Of a stretch of 64,000 nucleotides of DNA, positions 29,007 through 40,567 are shown in pieces; position 1 is the stretch's first letter; each line of letters opens with the position of its first letter. The notes under the pieces were generated by a model. That model had not been told where the DNA came from, searched no databases, and saw only the letters and a program-made list of their open reading frames with translations. Made by a program: the position numbers and the translations under genes. Origin of the DNA: Chlamydiia bacterium (GTDB taxonomy: Bacteria > Chlamydiota > Chlamydiia > Chlamydiales > Rhabdochlamydiaceae); NCBI GenBank assembly GCA_963804085.1, contig CAWDOQ010000019.1, positions 224,001 through 288,000 on the forward strand, given 5' to 3'.

Positions 29007-29327
29007 TTACTTCTTACGTTGGCTGAAAAAGGAGCAGAGCTCTTCGTGGAATTCCGCGCAGCCCTGTTTTTTCTCCATTTTATGCTTCCAACGTTTGTTG
29101 TTTCCTTCGGAAACAATCTTGGCAAGTTTGCTCATGCGATCTTTTTGTGTCGCTAAGATGTGCTTCTTAATCTCATCTTTTAGCACTTCTTCCCAAGCCT
29201 CATCGGCTACTTGCAAGAAGTATTCAGAGATCATCTCTGGCTTATCTCCACATGTGTTTTGGTTGTTGTGGCAGGAGCAAGAACAGTTTTGGCAGGAGCA
29301 GCATGTTTCAGATGAACACTCTTTCAT
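29007..29327 (-). CDS. Small protein with a Cys-rich N-terminus
   Basis: CCSCQNCSCSCH followed by a helical domain; GAGGTG RBS. Confidence 0.7.
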   Translation of the reverse strand: MKECSSETCCSCQNCSCSCHNNQNTCGDKPEMISEYFLQVADEAWEEVLKDEIKKHILATQKDRMSKLAKIVSEGNNKRWKHKMEKKQGCAEFHEELCSFFSQRKK

Positions 29328-29400
29328 ATCTCACCTCATATTTTTTGTGATCTTTCCCAAAATGGGATGAGGTCATGCTATCATGGATTAAATTTTTTGC

Positions 29401-30309
29401 TCATCTATTTTCCTTGTCGGTGCCGGACAAGGCGAACTGCACTGCTTCTTCGTACGTGAGCAATTTTCTGGGAAAGAGCTTTTGTATGCGGTTCTCTTTG
29501 CAAACCGCATTGTTGATGAGGCTTTCGACAAGAAAGCGCGCAAGGGAAAAGCTTGTTCTTGTCACAAAAAAGAGCCAATAGGAGGAGAGGCGCGGTGTTA
29601 GAACGGGCACCGTGAAGATTTTGCGTTTTAGCCCGCGAATTTTTGCGAATTTTAACAAAAGCTCCTTGTAGCTCATCACATCGGGACCACCAATTTCAAA
29701 AGTTTGACCGATACAAGAGGGGTTAGCCAAAACAAGCATTAGATAAGCTAGCACATCGCGTATAGCGATCGGCTGAGTGAGCTGCTTAAGCCATTTTGGA
29801 GCAATCATTACTGGCAGCTTTTCAACTAGGTCTCGAATGATTTCAAACGAAGCGCTTCCAGAGCCGATGATGATTCCAGCCATTAAAATTGTCACAGGAA
29901 TTTGGCCTTCTTTCAGGATCTCTCCTACTCTTTTTCTTGAGGCTAAATGGCGCGAAAGCTCTATTTCATTTGCAAGCCCGCTCAAGTAGATGATCTGCTT
30001 AGCTTTTGTCTCTTTGAGCCGCTCGACAAAATTTTTTGCAGATGCCGCTTCTAGTTCAGCAAACAGTTCCGAACTGCTCATCGAATGGACAAGGTAGTAC
30101 GCAGCATCGATCTCATCGGGGATTTGAGACAAAGATGAAAGATCGAGAAGATCTCCTTCGATGATCTTCACTTGCGACCGAAACTCCTCTGGAACCTCGA
30201 TGCGAGAACGGTTTCTTACCAGCGCATAGATCTCATTTCCATCCTCTGCTAAACGGGGCAGAAGGCGCCTTCCAATGTATCCGCTTGCTCCGGTGAGTAG
30301 AATTTTCAT
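29401..30309 (-). CDS. NAD(P)-binding SDR-like oxidoreductase (YbjT-like, lacking the C-terminal DUF2867 part)
   Basis: TGASGYIG, AAYYLVHSM, GSGSASFEIIRDLVEKLP; paralog of 59437-60872. Confidence 0.85.
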   Translation of the reverse strand: MKILLTGASGYIGRRLLPRLAEDGNEIYALVRNRSRIEVPEEFRSQVKIIEGDLLDLSSLSQIPDEIDAAYYLVHSMSSSELFAELEAASAKNFVERLKETKAKQIIYLSGLANEIELSRHLASRKRVGEILKEGQIPVTILMAGIIIGSGSASFEIIRDLVEKLPVMIAPKWLKQLTQPIAIRDVLAYLMLVLANPSCIGQTFEIGGPDVMSYKELLLKFAKIRGLKRKIFTVPVLTPRLSSYWLFFVTRTSFSLARFLVESLINNAVCKENRIQKLFPRKLLTYEEAVQFALSGTDKENR

Positions 30310-30355
30310 GAAAATACACTTTGAATCAAATTATTTGTTATATAGCATCGGCATT

Positions 30356-31222
30356 ATGAAAAGAATAGGATTCTTCCTGCTGGTCTTGGCAGTAATCGGT
30401 GCAGCCTGCGCCATCTATTTTGTTTTAAAGAGTGAGCATGCTCTGGTCGCGCAACCTAAGGGTGTGATTGCTCGCAGCGAGCTGGATCTGATCATCACGA
30501 ACATTCATCTCATGCTGATCGTCGTTGTTCCGACTTTTATTTTCTTATTTATGACTGTGTGGAGATACCGCGCTAAAAATACAAAAGCAAAGTATGAGCC
30601 GGAAAAATCCCACCGTGCATTTAAAGAGGTAATTTTGTGGGTTATCCCAGCCTGTGTCGTTGTTGTGATGGCAATAATCACCTGGAACAAGACTCACGAG
30701 CTCGACCCTTATAAACCTTTGAATAGCGATGTCAAACCTCTCACGATCCAGGTAATAGCGCTAGATTGGAAGTGGCTCTTTATTTATCCGGAACAGGGGA
30801 TTGCAACATTAAACTACGTGCAATTTCCCGAACGCACGCCGATCCACTTTACTCTATGCGCAGATGGCTCTCCGATGAACTCTTTTTGGATTCCACAGCT
30901 AAGCGGGCAGATTTACGCGATGACGGGGATGATAACGCCGCTGCATATCATGGCAGACGGACAGGGAGTTTATGCAGGAAGAGCTGCCGAGATCAATGGC
31001 GAGGGATATGCAGACATGACTTTTGTCGCAGAATCTACTTCGCAATCTGACTTCGAGGATTGGGTCGAATCTGCAAAGAGATCGAAGTTAAAGCTCACGG
31101 ACCATATGTATGATTCGCTTGCAAAACCCTCTGTTAACCATTCGCCCATTCTCTACTCTTATGTAGAAGAAGATCTGTTCAACAAGATTGTGATGAAGTA
31201 TATGCACCATACAACACATTGA
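30356..31222 (+). CDS. cyoA: Cytochrome bo3 quinol oxidase subunit II
   Basis: TH.LDPY, DWKWLFIYPEQGIAT.N, MNSFWIPQL.GQIYAM.GM; no CuA ligands. Confidence 0.92.
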   Translation: MKRIGFFLLVLAVIGAACAIYFVLKSEHALVAQPKGVIARSELDLIITNIHLMLIVVVPTFIFLFMTVWRYRAKNTKAKYEPEKSHRAFKEVILWVIPACVVVVMAIITWNKTHELDPYKPLNSDVKPLTIQVIALDWKWLFIYPEQGIATLNYVQFPERTPIHFTLCADGSPMNSFWIPQLSGQIYAMTGMITPLHIMADGQGVYAGRAAEINGEGYADMTFVAESTSQSDFEDWVESAKRSKLKLTDHMYDSLAKPSVNHSPILYSYVEEDLFNKIVMKYMHHTTH

Positions 31223-31226
31223 AACT

Positions 31227-33184
31227 ATGGCAAACCCGATCTACGGAATACTGACGCTTCAGGCGCTTCCCCACCACTGGTACACGATAGGAGCGACAGC
31301 TTCTATCGCGCTCATGGGCGTCCTCTGTGCTATCTTCCTCACAAAGACCAAGCGCTGGCTGTGGCTGTGGCAAGAGTGGCTCACCTCGACCGATCCCAAA
31401 AAGATCGGCACGATGTACATGATCTTTGCGACTCTCATGTTCTTTCGCGGCCTCATAGATGTTGCCATGATGTGGCTCCAGCAATCGCTTGCGGCAGATT
31501 CTGCAGGATATCTCACCCCGGACCATTTTCAGCAGATTTTCACTGCGCATGGCGACATCATGGTCTTCTTTGTGACCATGGGTTTTTTCTTCGGCCTCAT
31601 GAACTGGATTTTGCCTCTTCAAATTGGCGCGCGAGATCTTGCTTTCCCGTTTATGAATTCGCTCGGTTTCTGGCTCACTGCCGCGGGTGGGTTGATGATC
31701 AATCTCTTTTTTGTGATTGGGGGCGATTTTGCCAATACCGGCTGGCTTGCCATTGCTCCGCTCTCTGAGATCGAATTTAACCCGGGCGTCGGGGTGGACT
31801 ATTTAATTTGGAGCTTGCAGCTATCCGGGACTGGGAAGTCTGCTTGCAGGGATCAATTTTATCGTGACGATAATAAAAAAGCGGGCGCCGGGCATGACTT
31901 TGATGAAAATGCCCCTTTTTATCTGGACCTCTTTATGTGCGATGGTTCTTATCATCTCTTCATTTCCGGTGCTCACTGCAACAACCCTGCTTCTTTGGCT
32001 GGATCGGTTCTTTGGCATGCACTTCTTCACAACAGGCTTTGGCGGCAATCAGATGATGTATTTTAACCTCATCTGGATGTGGGGCCATCCTGAAGTCTAT
32101 ATTTTGGTGATTCCTGCTTTTGGGATGTTCTCGGAGATCGTCTCCACCTTTTCACAGAAAAAGATCTTCGGCTATGTCTCCATGGTCTTGGCAGCCGTTT
32201 GCATCACTCTTCTCTCCTACATGGTCTGGCTCCACCACTTTTTCACCATGGGTGCAGGTGCCGACGTGAACTCGTTTTTTGGCATTGTTACGATGCTTAT
32301 CGCCATTCCCATCGGGAGTTCAGGTGTTCAACTGGATTCTTACGATGCATAGAGGCAAGATCATTTTCGCTTCGCCCATGTACTGGTTTATTGGCTTCAT
32401 CGTCGTGTTTACGATAGGAGGGATGGCGGGAATCATTCAGGCAGCTCCTCCTGCGGATTTTCAGGTGCACAACAGCCTATTCTTGATCGCCCACTTCCAC
32501 ACGATGATCGTGGGAGTTGCGCTCTTTGGTATTTTCGCGGGGATCACCTACTGGTTCCCTAAGATTTTTGGATTTATGCTCAATGAACGGCTGGGTAAAT
32601 GGGCGTTCTGGTTCTGGCTCGTCGGATTTTTTGTCTCCTTTACGCCACTTTATGTTTTGGGGTTTATGGGAGCGCCGCGCAGGCTCGATCACTATGCGGG
32701 AGCGACTGGCTGGCAGCCGTTATTTATCACCGCAACCATAGGATTTGTCATCATTTCATGCGGGATTCTGATTCAAGTGGTTCAATTTGTCGTAAGCATT
32801 AAACAGAGAAAGAAGAATCTGGATACGACAGGAGATCCTTGGAATGGAAGAACGCTTGAGTGGGCGACCACTTCGCCGCCTCCTTTTTACAATTTTGCCG
32901 TGATTCCAACGGTAAATAGTCCCGATGCATTCTGGGACATGAAAAAAGCAGGAGATAAGCCAAAGAAGAGATACGAAGACATTCTCATGCCGAAGAACAC
33001 AGGCATGGGAATTTATATCTCGGGCTTTGCTTTCTTACTCGGGTTTGCGCTTGTCTGGCACATTCTTTGGCTTGGAATAGTTGGGGTGATAGGGGTAATC
33101 GCATGTCTCATCAAGCTTGCATTTGATGAGAAGACGGAATATCTGCTGACTGCCGAAGAGATTAAACGTATAGAAGGTCGATAA
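31227..33184 (+). CDS. cyoB: Cytochrome bo3 quinol oxidase subunit I (two apparent +1 frameshifts at ~31830 and ~32310)
   Basis: FTAHG, WGHPEVY, VWLHHFF, AHFH and DPW.GRTLEW spread over three frames. Confidence 0.9.
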
Positions 33185-33188
33185 GGTT

Positions 33189-33746
33189 ATGGAAGAGGAC
33201 ACCAAAGTTTTTGGCTTCTGGATTTATCTGATGACCGATCTCATCATCTTTGCTGTGCTTTTTGCTACTTTCATAGTTTTGCATACGAGTACTTTTGGAG
33301 GACCAACCGGGCACGAGCTTTTTCGTTTGCCCTTTGCCCTTGCAGAGACGCTGATACTGCTCACTAGCAGCTTTACTTGCGCCTTAGGCACCTTGTCAGC
33401 TTATCAGAAGAAAAAAAACTGGGCGCTACTCTGGTACGGGATTACCTGTGTGCTCGGCATCTCCTTCCTCTTTCTCGAAATTTCAGAATTTTCCAAATTT
33501 ATACACGAAGGGGCAGGCTGGGAGAAGAGCGCATTCCTCTCCTCGTTTTTTACATTGGTCGGCACGCACGGCTTGCATATCACTATAGGACTTTTGTGGA
33601 TGCTCGTTAGCATGCTCCTCATCGGAACAAGGCCGCTTTCTTCTCACAACCTTTCCAGAATTTTGCGCATGGCCTTTTTCTGGCACTTTTTGGATGTCGT
33701 CTGGATCTTTATATTTACGGTTGTCTATGGAATAGGCTCATTATGA
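33189..33746 (+). CDS. cyoC: Cytochrome bo3 oxidase subunit III
   Basis: FGFWIYLMTD, FFTLVGTHG.H, FWHFLD.VW. Confidence 0.92.
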   Translation: MEEDTKVFGFWIYLMTDLIIFAVLFATFIVLHTSTFGGPTGHELFRLPFALAETLILLTSSFTCALGTLSAYQKKKNWALLWYGITCVLGISFLFLEISEFSKFIHEGAGWEKSAFLSSFFTLVGTHGLHITIGLLWMLVSMLLIGTRPLSSHNLSRILRMAFFWHFLDVVWIFIFTVVYGIGSL

Positions 33747-34048
33747 TGAATCAAAAAGCATTAAAACTACGCATCATAGGATTTGTAGCTTCTCTTCTCC
33801 TGACCCTTTCCGCCTATTGGATTTTGGTAAGTCCTGAATCTTTCTCTGCAAAAACGACCATCGTCACACTCTTAATTCTTGCAGTCTTGCAAGGAGCGGT
33901 TCAGGCAGTCTGCTTTCTCCACCTCTCGATGGAAAAGAAAGCGCGCTGGAATTTCGCCATCTTTGTCTCCACGATCTCGATCATCATCGTCATCATCATC
34001 GGCTCCATCTGGATCATGAACCATCTGAACTACAACATGATGCCTTAA
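33743..34048 (+). CDS. cyoD: Cytochrome bo3 oxidase subunit IV
   Basis: GF..S..LT, FLHL, GS.WIM.HLNYNMM. Confidence 0.9.
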   Translation: MMNQKALKLRIIGFVASLLLTLSAYWILVSPESFSAKTTIVTLLILAVLQGAVQAVCFLHLSMEKKARWNFAIFVSTISIIIVIIIGSIWIMNHLNYNMMP

Positions 34049-34056
34049 TCTAATTC

Positions 34057-34671
34057 TTACTCGTCTTTTGCTAAATCAAGCCGGCTTAAGAACTTGGTTC
34101 CCCAGTGCGTCAAAAAAATCACACCTCCATTTACTAAAGTAAGCAGAGTTAGATAGAGAACAGGAGCCATATTAAAAGCTGCTACTTTCTCGTATGAATA
34201 GACGCCATTGATATTTTTATCGGGACCCCCAACAACCCATGAGATATATCCGAGAAAGGTAGACAAGAGAAATTGTAAAGGCCACGCCCGCCTATCATAG
34301 CCCAACCTGAAGATGAGCCAAACCATTAGAACAGGAAGAGCTATATGAAAAAGCGAAAATGTTCTTAGCCACAGTAGATGATTTGGACCAAGCATGTAGC
34401 CTGTCATCCCTTTGAAAGGGGAGACCAGAGTCGCGTGGAAATCTATATTCCAGATAACTGCATAAACAAAGTCTCCCACAAGCGCCATGCTGGCAAGCAG
34501 CTTCGATTCGAAAATAAGTGCTAAAAAAACAAGAAGCAGAGATGCATTGCAAATCCATAGAAAACTATGCAGCCCATTCCCAACCCAATTGGAAAAGAAC
34601 CACCCCACGATGAAAACAGAGAAAGCACCTTTAGCTATTAGAGGTATTTTTCTATTTGGACTTCCTTCCAT
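34057..34671 (-). CDS. Multi-TM membrane protein, hypothetical
   Basis: About 6 hydrophobic segments; FLWICN, SLFH, NINGV. Confidence 0.7.
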   Translation of the reverse strand: MEGSPNRKIPLIAKGAFSVFIVGWFFSNWVGNGLHSFLWICNASLLLVFLALIFESKLLASMALVGDFVYAVIWNIDFHATLVSPFKGMTGYMLGPNHLLWLRTFSLFHIALPVLMVWLIFRLGYDRRAWPLQFLLSTFLGYISWVVGGPDKNINGVYSYEKVAAFNMAPVLYLTLLTLVNGGVIFLTHWGTKFLSRLDLAKDE

Positions 34672-34765
34672 ATTTTTAGCCTTTTATACGCACTGGAAGG
34701 GAAAAGGCAAGGGTTTTTAATTACTGCATTATACCAGACTCGGTTGTGTAAATTCGAAGGGCCCC

Positions 34766-34892
34766 AATGGACAGAAAGGACAAAGGACTAAAATGGACAG
34801 GAAACGGACAGGAAATGGACGGGGCCCAAGAGAGCTAACTTAAGTTTCCTCTTTGATTGGGCGCGTCCATTTTCGTCCATTTCACGTCCATT
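34766..34892. repeat. Short-period (aaatggac)n / (gtccattt)n palindromic tract
   Basis: About 6 ggac units at ~7-11 nt spacing facing 3 gtccat units. Confidence 0.7.
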
Positions 34893-35484
34893 AAGCGCCT
34901 TTATTACTCTTTTCTCCCATGAAATCCAATAGCCATATGTCGGTAGGGCTTTCGGGCGAAAGGGTGATGTTCTCTATCCAGTAATGGGTGTAGGCATCTT
35001 GAAGCCGGATCGTGATCGTGTTTTGACCTTCTGTTAACAGTTCCTTGGGGAGTTTGAAATGATCGATTCTCCAGGCATCTCTAAACGGCTCAAAATGATC
35101 CGCGATATTGATGCCATTGAGGTCGATGGCGATGGGGGAGTAGTTATCGCCTGCAATAGAGGAGAGCTGCTTGATGTTCATATACCAGTCTTTTCCAGCT
35201 TCTTCACCGTTAAAATTGAAGAGAAGAGAGATGTCGCTCGTGTTGTTTGTCCCCATGAGCCAGCACCAAGGATAGGCGTAGTTGTACCTTGTGCCCGACC
35301 CAGTGACCACTTGCATGCCATGCGTCGGCCTAATGTTTTGATACGAAAACGAGACCAATCGCACGTTTGGATCGATAGGCGCCTTCAAAGTCGAGATCAA
35401 AAAATCATGATCCGCAGTAAATGTTTCTGAAAAAGCCGTCGCAGTAATCACTGATAAAAACAAGCCTAACAATACATTTCTCAT
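34891..35484 (-). CDS. Exported hypothetical protein, possibly with a jelly-roll domain
   Basis: Signal peptide; C-terminal LP.ELL.EG.NTITI pattern. Confidence 0.55.
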   Translation of the reverse strand: MRNVLLGLFLSVITATAFSETFTADHDFLISTLKAPIDPNVRLVSFSYQNIRPTHGMQVVTGSGTRYNYAYPWCWLMGTNNTSDISLLFNFNGEEAGKDWYMNIKQLSSIAGDNYSPIAIDLNGINIADHFEPFRDAWRIDHFKLPKELLTEGQNTITIRLQDAYTHYWIENITLSPESPTDIWLLDFMGEKSNKGA

Positions 35485-35659
35485 GCATTACTCTTTATAT
35501 GGGTTGCGAATCAAAAGAGAGTTAATCAGAAGAACGGTTTCCCATCAAGGCTTTGAACCTGCGTAGCTAAACATTATTTTAATTAGGAAATCAATTAACC
35601 CTGGTTTTATTTGCAAATTTTAAATATAATAGCCGCCTATTTTAACAAAACGGTGAAAA

Positions 35660-36652
35660 ATGTCTAATAATGTACTTCCAGTTCCTCAGGCCACTCAGAC
35701 GATAGAACCCACTTCTCTCTTCTCTAACTACCTCATGGAGGTCGCAAGATCCATAGCTCTACTTGACGCAGGAGTGCAGACTGTCGCACTCAGTTGCATC
35801 GATCAGCTCGTCCAGTTCTTATTCAATTACATTTTTTTTATCTTCTATCCTGCTTACGACACCTTCTACTATGAAATGCAGGTGGAGGCTTTTAAAACAG
35901 CGGGTAAAGAGCTTCCAGTTTATGAGAGCTGTGGCTTTAGAGAAGCGGTTCTATTCATTCACAGATTTATCTGTTCTCCTTCTTGCATCGGATCGATCTT
36001 TCCAAGCTCCAGCGGTCTTGTCGAAGCGATTACCAGGAAAGTCGCAGATGCTGCGAAAAATCCAGCGCCGCAACGCTATCTCGAGATCGGCGCCGGCACA
36101 GGTTCATTTACGCAAGAGATTATCAATCAAATGAAGCCGAGCGACCATCTAGACGTTGTAGAGTATGACGCGGATCTTTGCCGTCATCTTCAAAGAAGAT
36201 TCCACCATCTTAAAAATGTCACCATTCATCAGATCTCAATTTTGGACTACGATGCACCAAAATATGATCTGGTTGTGTCGGGTTTGCCGCTGACGAACTT
36301 TACGCCTGAGTTTGTGCAAGAAGCACACCAGAAATACGTGGATTTGACAAAGACCGGCGGATTTTTCTCCTACTTTGAGTATATCGGTGGATCCACAATC
36401 AAACAGGCCTTTTTATGTTGTGAAGCAGCAGAAAAGTTCGCGCAGGTTGTAGCTCTCAAAAACGCTCTAGTGCAAAGCTATGGCGAAGAGGTGGACAACG
36501 TCTGGTGGAATATCACTCCGGCACGCGCGATCCATTGCCAAGTTAATTCTTTTGCCGGCGCCCATCCTGCGACATTAGGCGATCAGCAATATACCGGTAC
36601 GGACATCCATCCAGCCTGTGTAAGCAACTCTCATCTTTGCCATAAGATTTGA
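35660..36652 (+). CDS. Class I SAM methyltransferase (phospholipid N-methyltransferase-like) with an N-terminal extension
   Basis: IGSIFPSS..L, LEIGAGTG, VVSGLPL.NF, FSYFEY; the 3' end is uncertain because it overlaps glgP. Confidence 0.75.
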   Translation: MSNNVLPVPQATQTIEPTSLFSNYLMEVARSIALLDAGVQTVALSCIDQLVQFLFNYIFFIFYPAYDTFYYEMQVEAFKTAGKELPVYESCGFREAVLFIHRFICSPSCIGSIFPSSSGLVEAITRKVADAAKNPAPQRYLEIGAGTGSFTQEIINQMKPSDHLDVVEYDADLCRHLQRRFHHLKNVTIHQISILDYDAPKYDLVVSGLPLTNFTPEFVQEAHQKYVDLTKTGGFFSYFEYIGGSTIKQAFLCCEAAEKFAQVVALKNALVQSYGEEVDNVWWNITPARAIHCQVNSFAGAHPATLGDQQYTGTDIHPACVSNSHLCHKI

Positions 36653-39118
36653 GTCGATTCGAGTGGAATAGCAACCCCTGGAAAATAGGGTGTGATTCGG
36701 GGGGTGAAGCTGGAGGCAGGATGCGCCGCTGGAACCTCTATCGCGATAAATATGCCCGTCGCGAGTGTTTGGCATCGGCCCTTGGTACTTCATTTCTTTT
36801 GTTAGCTCTGGCGAATAGAGTTCTACTTTTACAGCTAAGTGGTCCAAATTGTTGAGATAGACCTGAACTTCAAATGCACCGTTTTCAATTTTCACCTCGC
36901 CAAATCCCAATTTGCTCCAGTTCTGTTCTATAGAGCCTCGCCAATCGACGATTTTTTTCGCGAGCGCACCATTATTTTCAGTCCGCTTGCGATAGGAATC
37001 TGCTGCCGGAAGATAGAATTTTTCTGTGTATTCGCGCACTGTCCGATTGGAGGAAAAATGGGGGGTCAATAGAGCCATGCTTTCGCGGATTTTTGCTATC
37101 CAGGTTAGAGGCATCATTCTGGCGTCCCATGTGTAAAATTGCGGGATCACCTCTTTTTCGAGAAGATCGTAAAGAGTGTTTGCCTCTGCTCTATCCCAGT
37201 TGGGATCGTCGCCATGTTCCTTGCGGTCTCCGAGAGCCCAACCGACTTCGGGAGTATAAGCTTCCGCCCACCAGCCATCCAATTCTGAGAGATTTAGGCC
37301 TCCATTGACGAGGATCTTCATCCCGCTCGTGCCGCTTGCTTCCCAGGGCCTTCTGGGAGTGTTGATCCACAAATCGACTCCCTGGACCAGATGTTCCGTT
37401 AAAATCATGTCATAGTCGCTGAGAAAGATGACATGAGGGCGCGCTTCGGCTCTGGCAATGAACTTCATCCATCTTTTGATTAGAGCATGTCCTTCGCCAT
37501 CCGCCGGGTGTGCTTTACCGGCAATGATGAGCTGCACGGGTCGATCTTTATTAGTCAAAATCCGGAGAAGGCGATCTTCGTCGGTAAGGAGTAGATCGGG
37601 CCGCTTGTAAGCTGCAAACCGCCTCGCAAAACCGAGAGTTAAAGCGTTTGGATTTAAAAAGGATTTTGCTCTCTCGATCTCATCTGCCGAGGCTCCTCTT
37701 GCTTGCAACTGTCTTGCCAATCGTTTACGTGTGTTGTCAACAAGTAGCGCTCTGGATTCATTGCGCATCTGCCAAATTTTAGTATCTGGCACAGCGCGGA
37801 TTTTTTTCTCTAGATCCTCTGTTTTTCCAAGCCATCGCCCTTTTCCGCAAGCCTCGGTCCAAAGATTATCAGAAGCAGACGAGTCCCAAGTCGGCATGTG
37901 AACTCCATTTGTCACAGATCCGATTGGAATTTCTTCTACAGGTAAACGAGGGAATAAATTTCTAAATAGATGCTGGCTTACCACGCCATGCAATTGACTC
38001 ACGCCATTGACAGCTCCGCTTCCTCGCATAGCTAAATAAGCCATGTTGAAATCATCATTCTGATTTAACTGGCCTAAGGCGAGCAATCTCTCGAACGGCA
38101 CTTTTAAATTTGCCTGTGCATATTTTTCTAGATATTTGGCGATGAGATCGGGCGAAAATCGATCAAATCCGGCGGACACTGCGGTATGCGTTGTGAAGTG
38201 GTTGCCTACGCGCGTAGCAGCTAAAGCCACTTCGAACGGCTGTTTTGTCTTTTGCATGAAGCTAAAAGCCCGTTCCAATACAACAAAGGCCGGGTGCCCC
38301 TCATTCATATGGCAAATTTCGGGTTGTATGCCAAGAGCATCTAGAAGACGCCATCCCCCTATGCCAAGAACGATCTCCTGCTTTAAGCGCAATTCCTGAT
38401 CACCACCATAGAGTTCGCTAGTTATCCCTCTATGAGCAGGAATATTTGCAATGTCATTGCTGTCCAATAGATAGAGAGTTCTTCTACCCACTTTAACTTC
38501 CCATATTCGGAGCCAAAGCGACCATCCGGGCAGTTCAATTTTTAAACGGAGCCACTCTCCGTTGGCCAAGCGCGCGGGTCTAATGGGCAATTGTCCCGGA
38601 TCGTTGTAGGGGTAGAACTCCTGCTGCTCTCCATTTTTGTCGATCAACTGACGGAAATAGCCTTGGCTGTAGAGTAATCCAATGCCGATGACCGGTACCC
38701 CAAGATCGCTTGCAGCCTTGAGTTGATCCCCAGCCACATTACCGAGCCCGCCGGAGTAGATGGGAAGCGCCTCGCTCAACATAAATTCCATGCTGAAATA
38801 AGCGATGCAAGTGAGTGAGGACTTGGAGTGATTTTCCTGAAACCAACTCGGTGCGCCGAGAGCATCTTGTCTTGTTTTTACGAGATTGTTGATAAGGCCG
38901 CTAAATTTTTCATCAGCCAAGAGCGTCGTCAGTTTTTCCCTAGATGCAGTCTGCAAAACAGCCCATGGATTATGGGTCAGTTCCCATAATTCTGAATCGA
39001 GCTTGCTCCATATCGCATCAGCGCTATGGTTCCAAGACGAACGCAGATTCAGTGCGAGATCCTTTAGGGAATCATACCCCTGTATACTGGACCTCTGGTT
39101 CGTGTCGTGTGCATCCAT
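36631..39118 (-). CDS. glgP: Alpha-glucan (glycogen) phosphorylase; apparent frameshift near the 3' end
   Basis: YFSMEF, YSGGLG, HMNEGH, FARRF..YKR, EASGTSGMK (PLP Lys); natural end ILWQR* lies in the shifted frame. Confidence 0.92.
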
Positions 39119-39149
39119 TTTTGCCCTCTAGTTGTTATGCTTATGAAAA

Positions 39150-40469
39150 TCAGTTTTTCAGCTTTGGATTGGATTTAATCGACCACAGAGGAAGCAATAA
39201 GAGGGAAGAGAGGCTTCCGCATAGAATCAATGTGATGAAAAATGCCGACCAGCCCCAGACTTCCGCTATCCTTCCCAGCGGATATCCTGCACAGGCAGCC
39301 CCAATATAAGCGAAAAGGCCAATGAATCCCGTTGCGGCGCCAGCTGTTTTTTTGCTTGAAAGCTCCGCAGCTGCAACCCCTATTAACATTTGCGGGCCAA
39401 ATATCAAAAAGCCAATGAAAAATGCAAAAATGAGTTCGAGGATAGACAACCCAGCGGGAGAAAAGAAAAAGGCGATTAATCCGAAGCTTGCAGCGAAACA
39501 AAACAGGACATTCACAGGTCCTCTTTTTCCGTTAAATAGTCTATCCGATGCAATCCCCGCCGTTAAGCTTCCGATAATTCCCCCTATTTCAAATGAGACA
39601 ACAGAGGTGCTCGCTTTAAGGAGCGAATATCCTTTTGCCTCAACGAGATAGACGATGGTCCAATCCGTGAAGGCTGTTCGAACGACATATACCAAAAAAT
39701 AGGCCGCAGCCAAAATCCAGATGAGCTTATTCTTTAATATATAGTCCAAGAGGATCTCTCTGAATGTAAGCTCGTTCTCTATTACCTTTGATGAGGGATA
39801 ATCGTTTTTATATTTCTCAATCGGGGGCAGTCCAAGCGATTGCGGAGTGTCCCGCAAGCGATTGATCACAAAGAGCCCCATTAGAATACATAGGCCTCCG
39901 GGTATATACATTGCATAACACCATCCCCAGGTTTGAGCGCAGTACGCGGCCAAAAGGGGAATCAAAGCTCCGCCCGTGTTATGTGAAGTATTCCAAAACC
40001 CCCACCAGGTCCCTCTCTCCTTTTGCGAGTACCAGTGCGTTAAAAGGCGCGCGCACGGTGGCCATCCCCAGCCTTGGAACCAGCCATTTAAAGCCCATAA
40101 GATGGAGAAAATAATAATAGAAGACGAGATCCCAAAAAGGATATTGATCAACCCCGTTATAATCAGGCCTATTCCCATAAAGTAACGGGGATTAGACTTG
40201 TCGGATAGAACTCCGCTTAAGAATTTGCTGACTCCATAGGTCAATGATAAGATCGTGGCGAGAAGTCCTACATCAGCTTTTGTTAATCCGAGATCGTGGA
40301 TCATCGATGGCATTGCAAAAGTCAAACTTTTACGGGAGAAATAATAGAAAACATAACCGGCATACATCCCGTAAAAGATTCGAATGCGCCAGTAGGTATA
40401 GCTTTTTTTTATAATTTCCCGGTCTTGAATTTCTGAAACGACCGGGGCAGACTTAAACCACAAGGCCAT
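39150..40469 (-). CDS. uhpC: MFS hexose-phosphate transporter (UhpC/OPA family)
   Basis: YWRIRIF, YFSRKS, QGWGWPPC, WNTSHN.GG, GPQML. Confidence 0.88.
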   Translation of the reverse strand: MALWFKSAPVVSEIQDREIIKKSYTYWRIRIFYGMYAGYVFYYFSRKSLTFAMPSMIHDLGLTKADVGLLATILSLTYGVSKFLSGVLSDKSNPRYFMGIGLIITGLINILFGISSSIIIFSILWALNGWFQGWGWPPCARLLTHWYSQKERGTWWGFWNTSHNTGGALIPLLAAYCAQTWGWCYAMYIPGGLCILMGLFVINRLRDTPQSLGLPPIEKYKNDYPSSKVIENELTFREILLDYILKNKLIWILAAAYFLVYVVRTAFTDWTIVYLVEAKGYSLLKASTSVVSFEIGGIIGSLTAGIASDRLFNGKRGPVNVLFCFAASFGLIAFFFSPAGLSILELIFAFFIGFLIFGPQMLIGVAAAELSSKKTAGAATGFIGLFAYIGAACAGYPLGRIAEVWGWSAFFITLILCGSLSSLLLLPLWSIKSNPKLKN

Positions 40470-40567
40470 GTTGCATACCTATTGCTTAAATTTTGATCTA
40501 GAAGAGCCTATTTGTCTGCTGCTTTTAAGCTGAAGTTGGGGGTTTAAACCTTCGGGGTTTTTCGTTC

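Noticed and set aside
31227..33184. Programmed frameshifting or phase variation in cyoB
   Set aside because: The extra bases are not in slippery or homopolymer tracts, and similar indels are scattered across the window.
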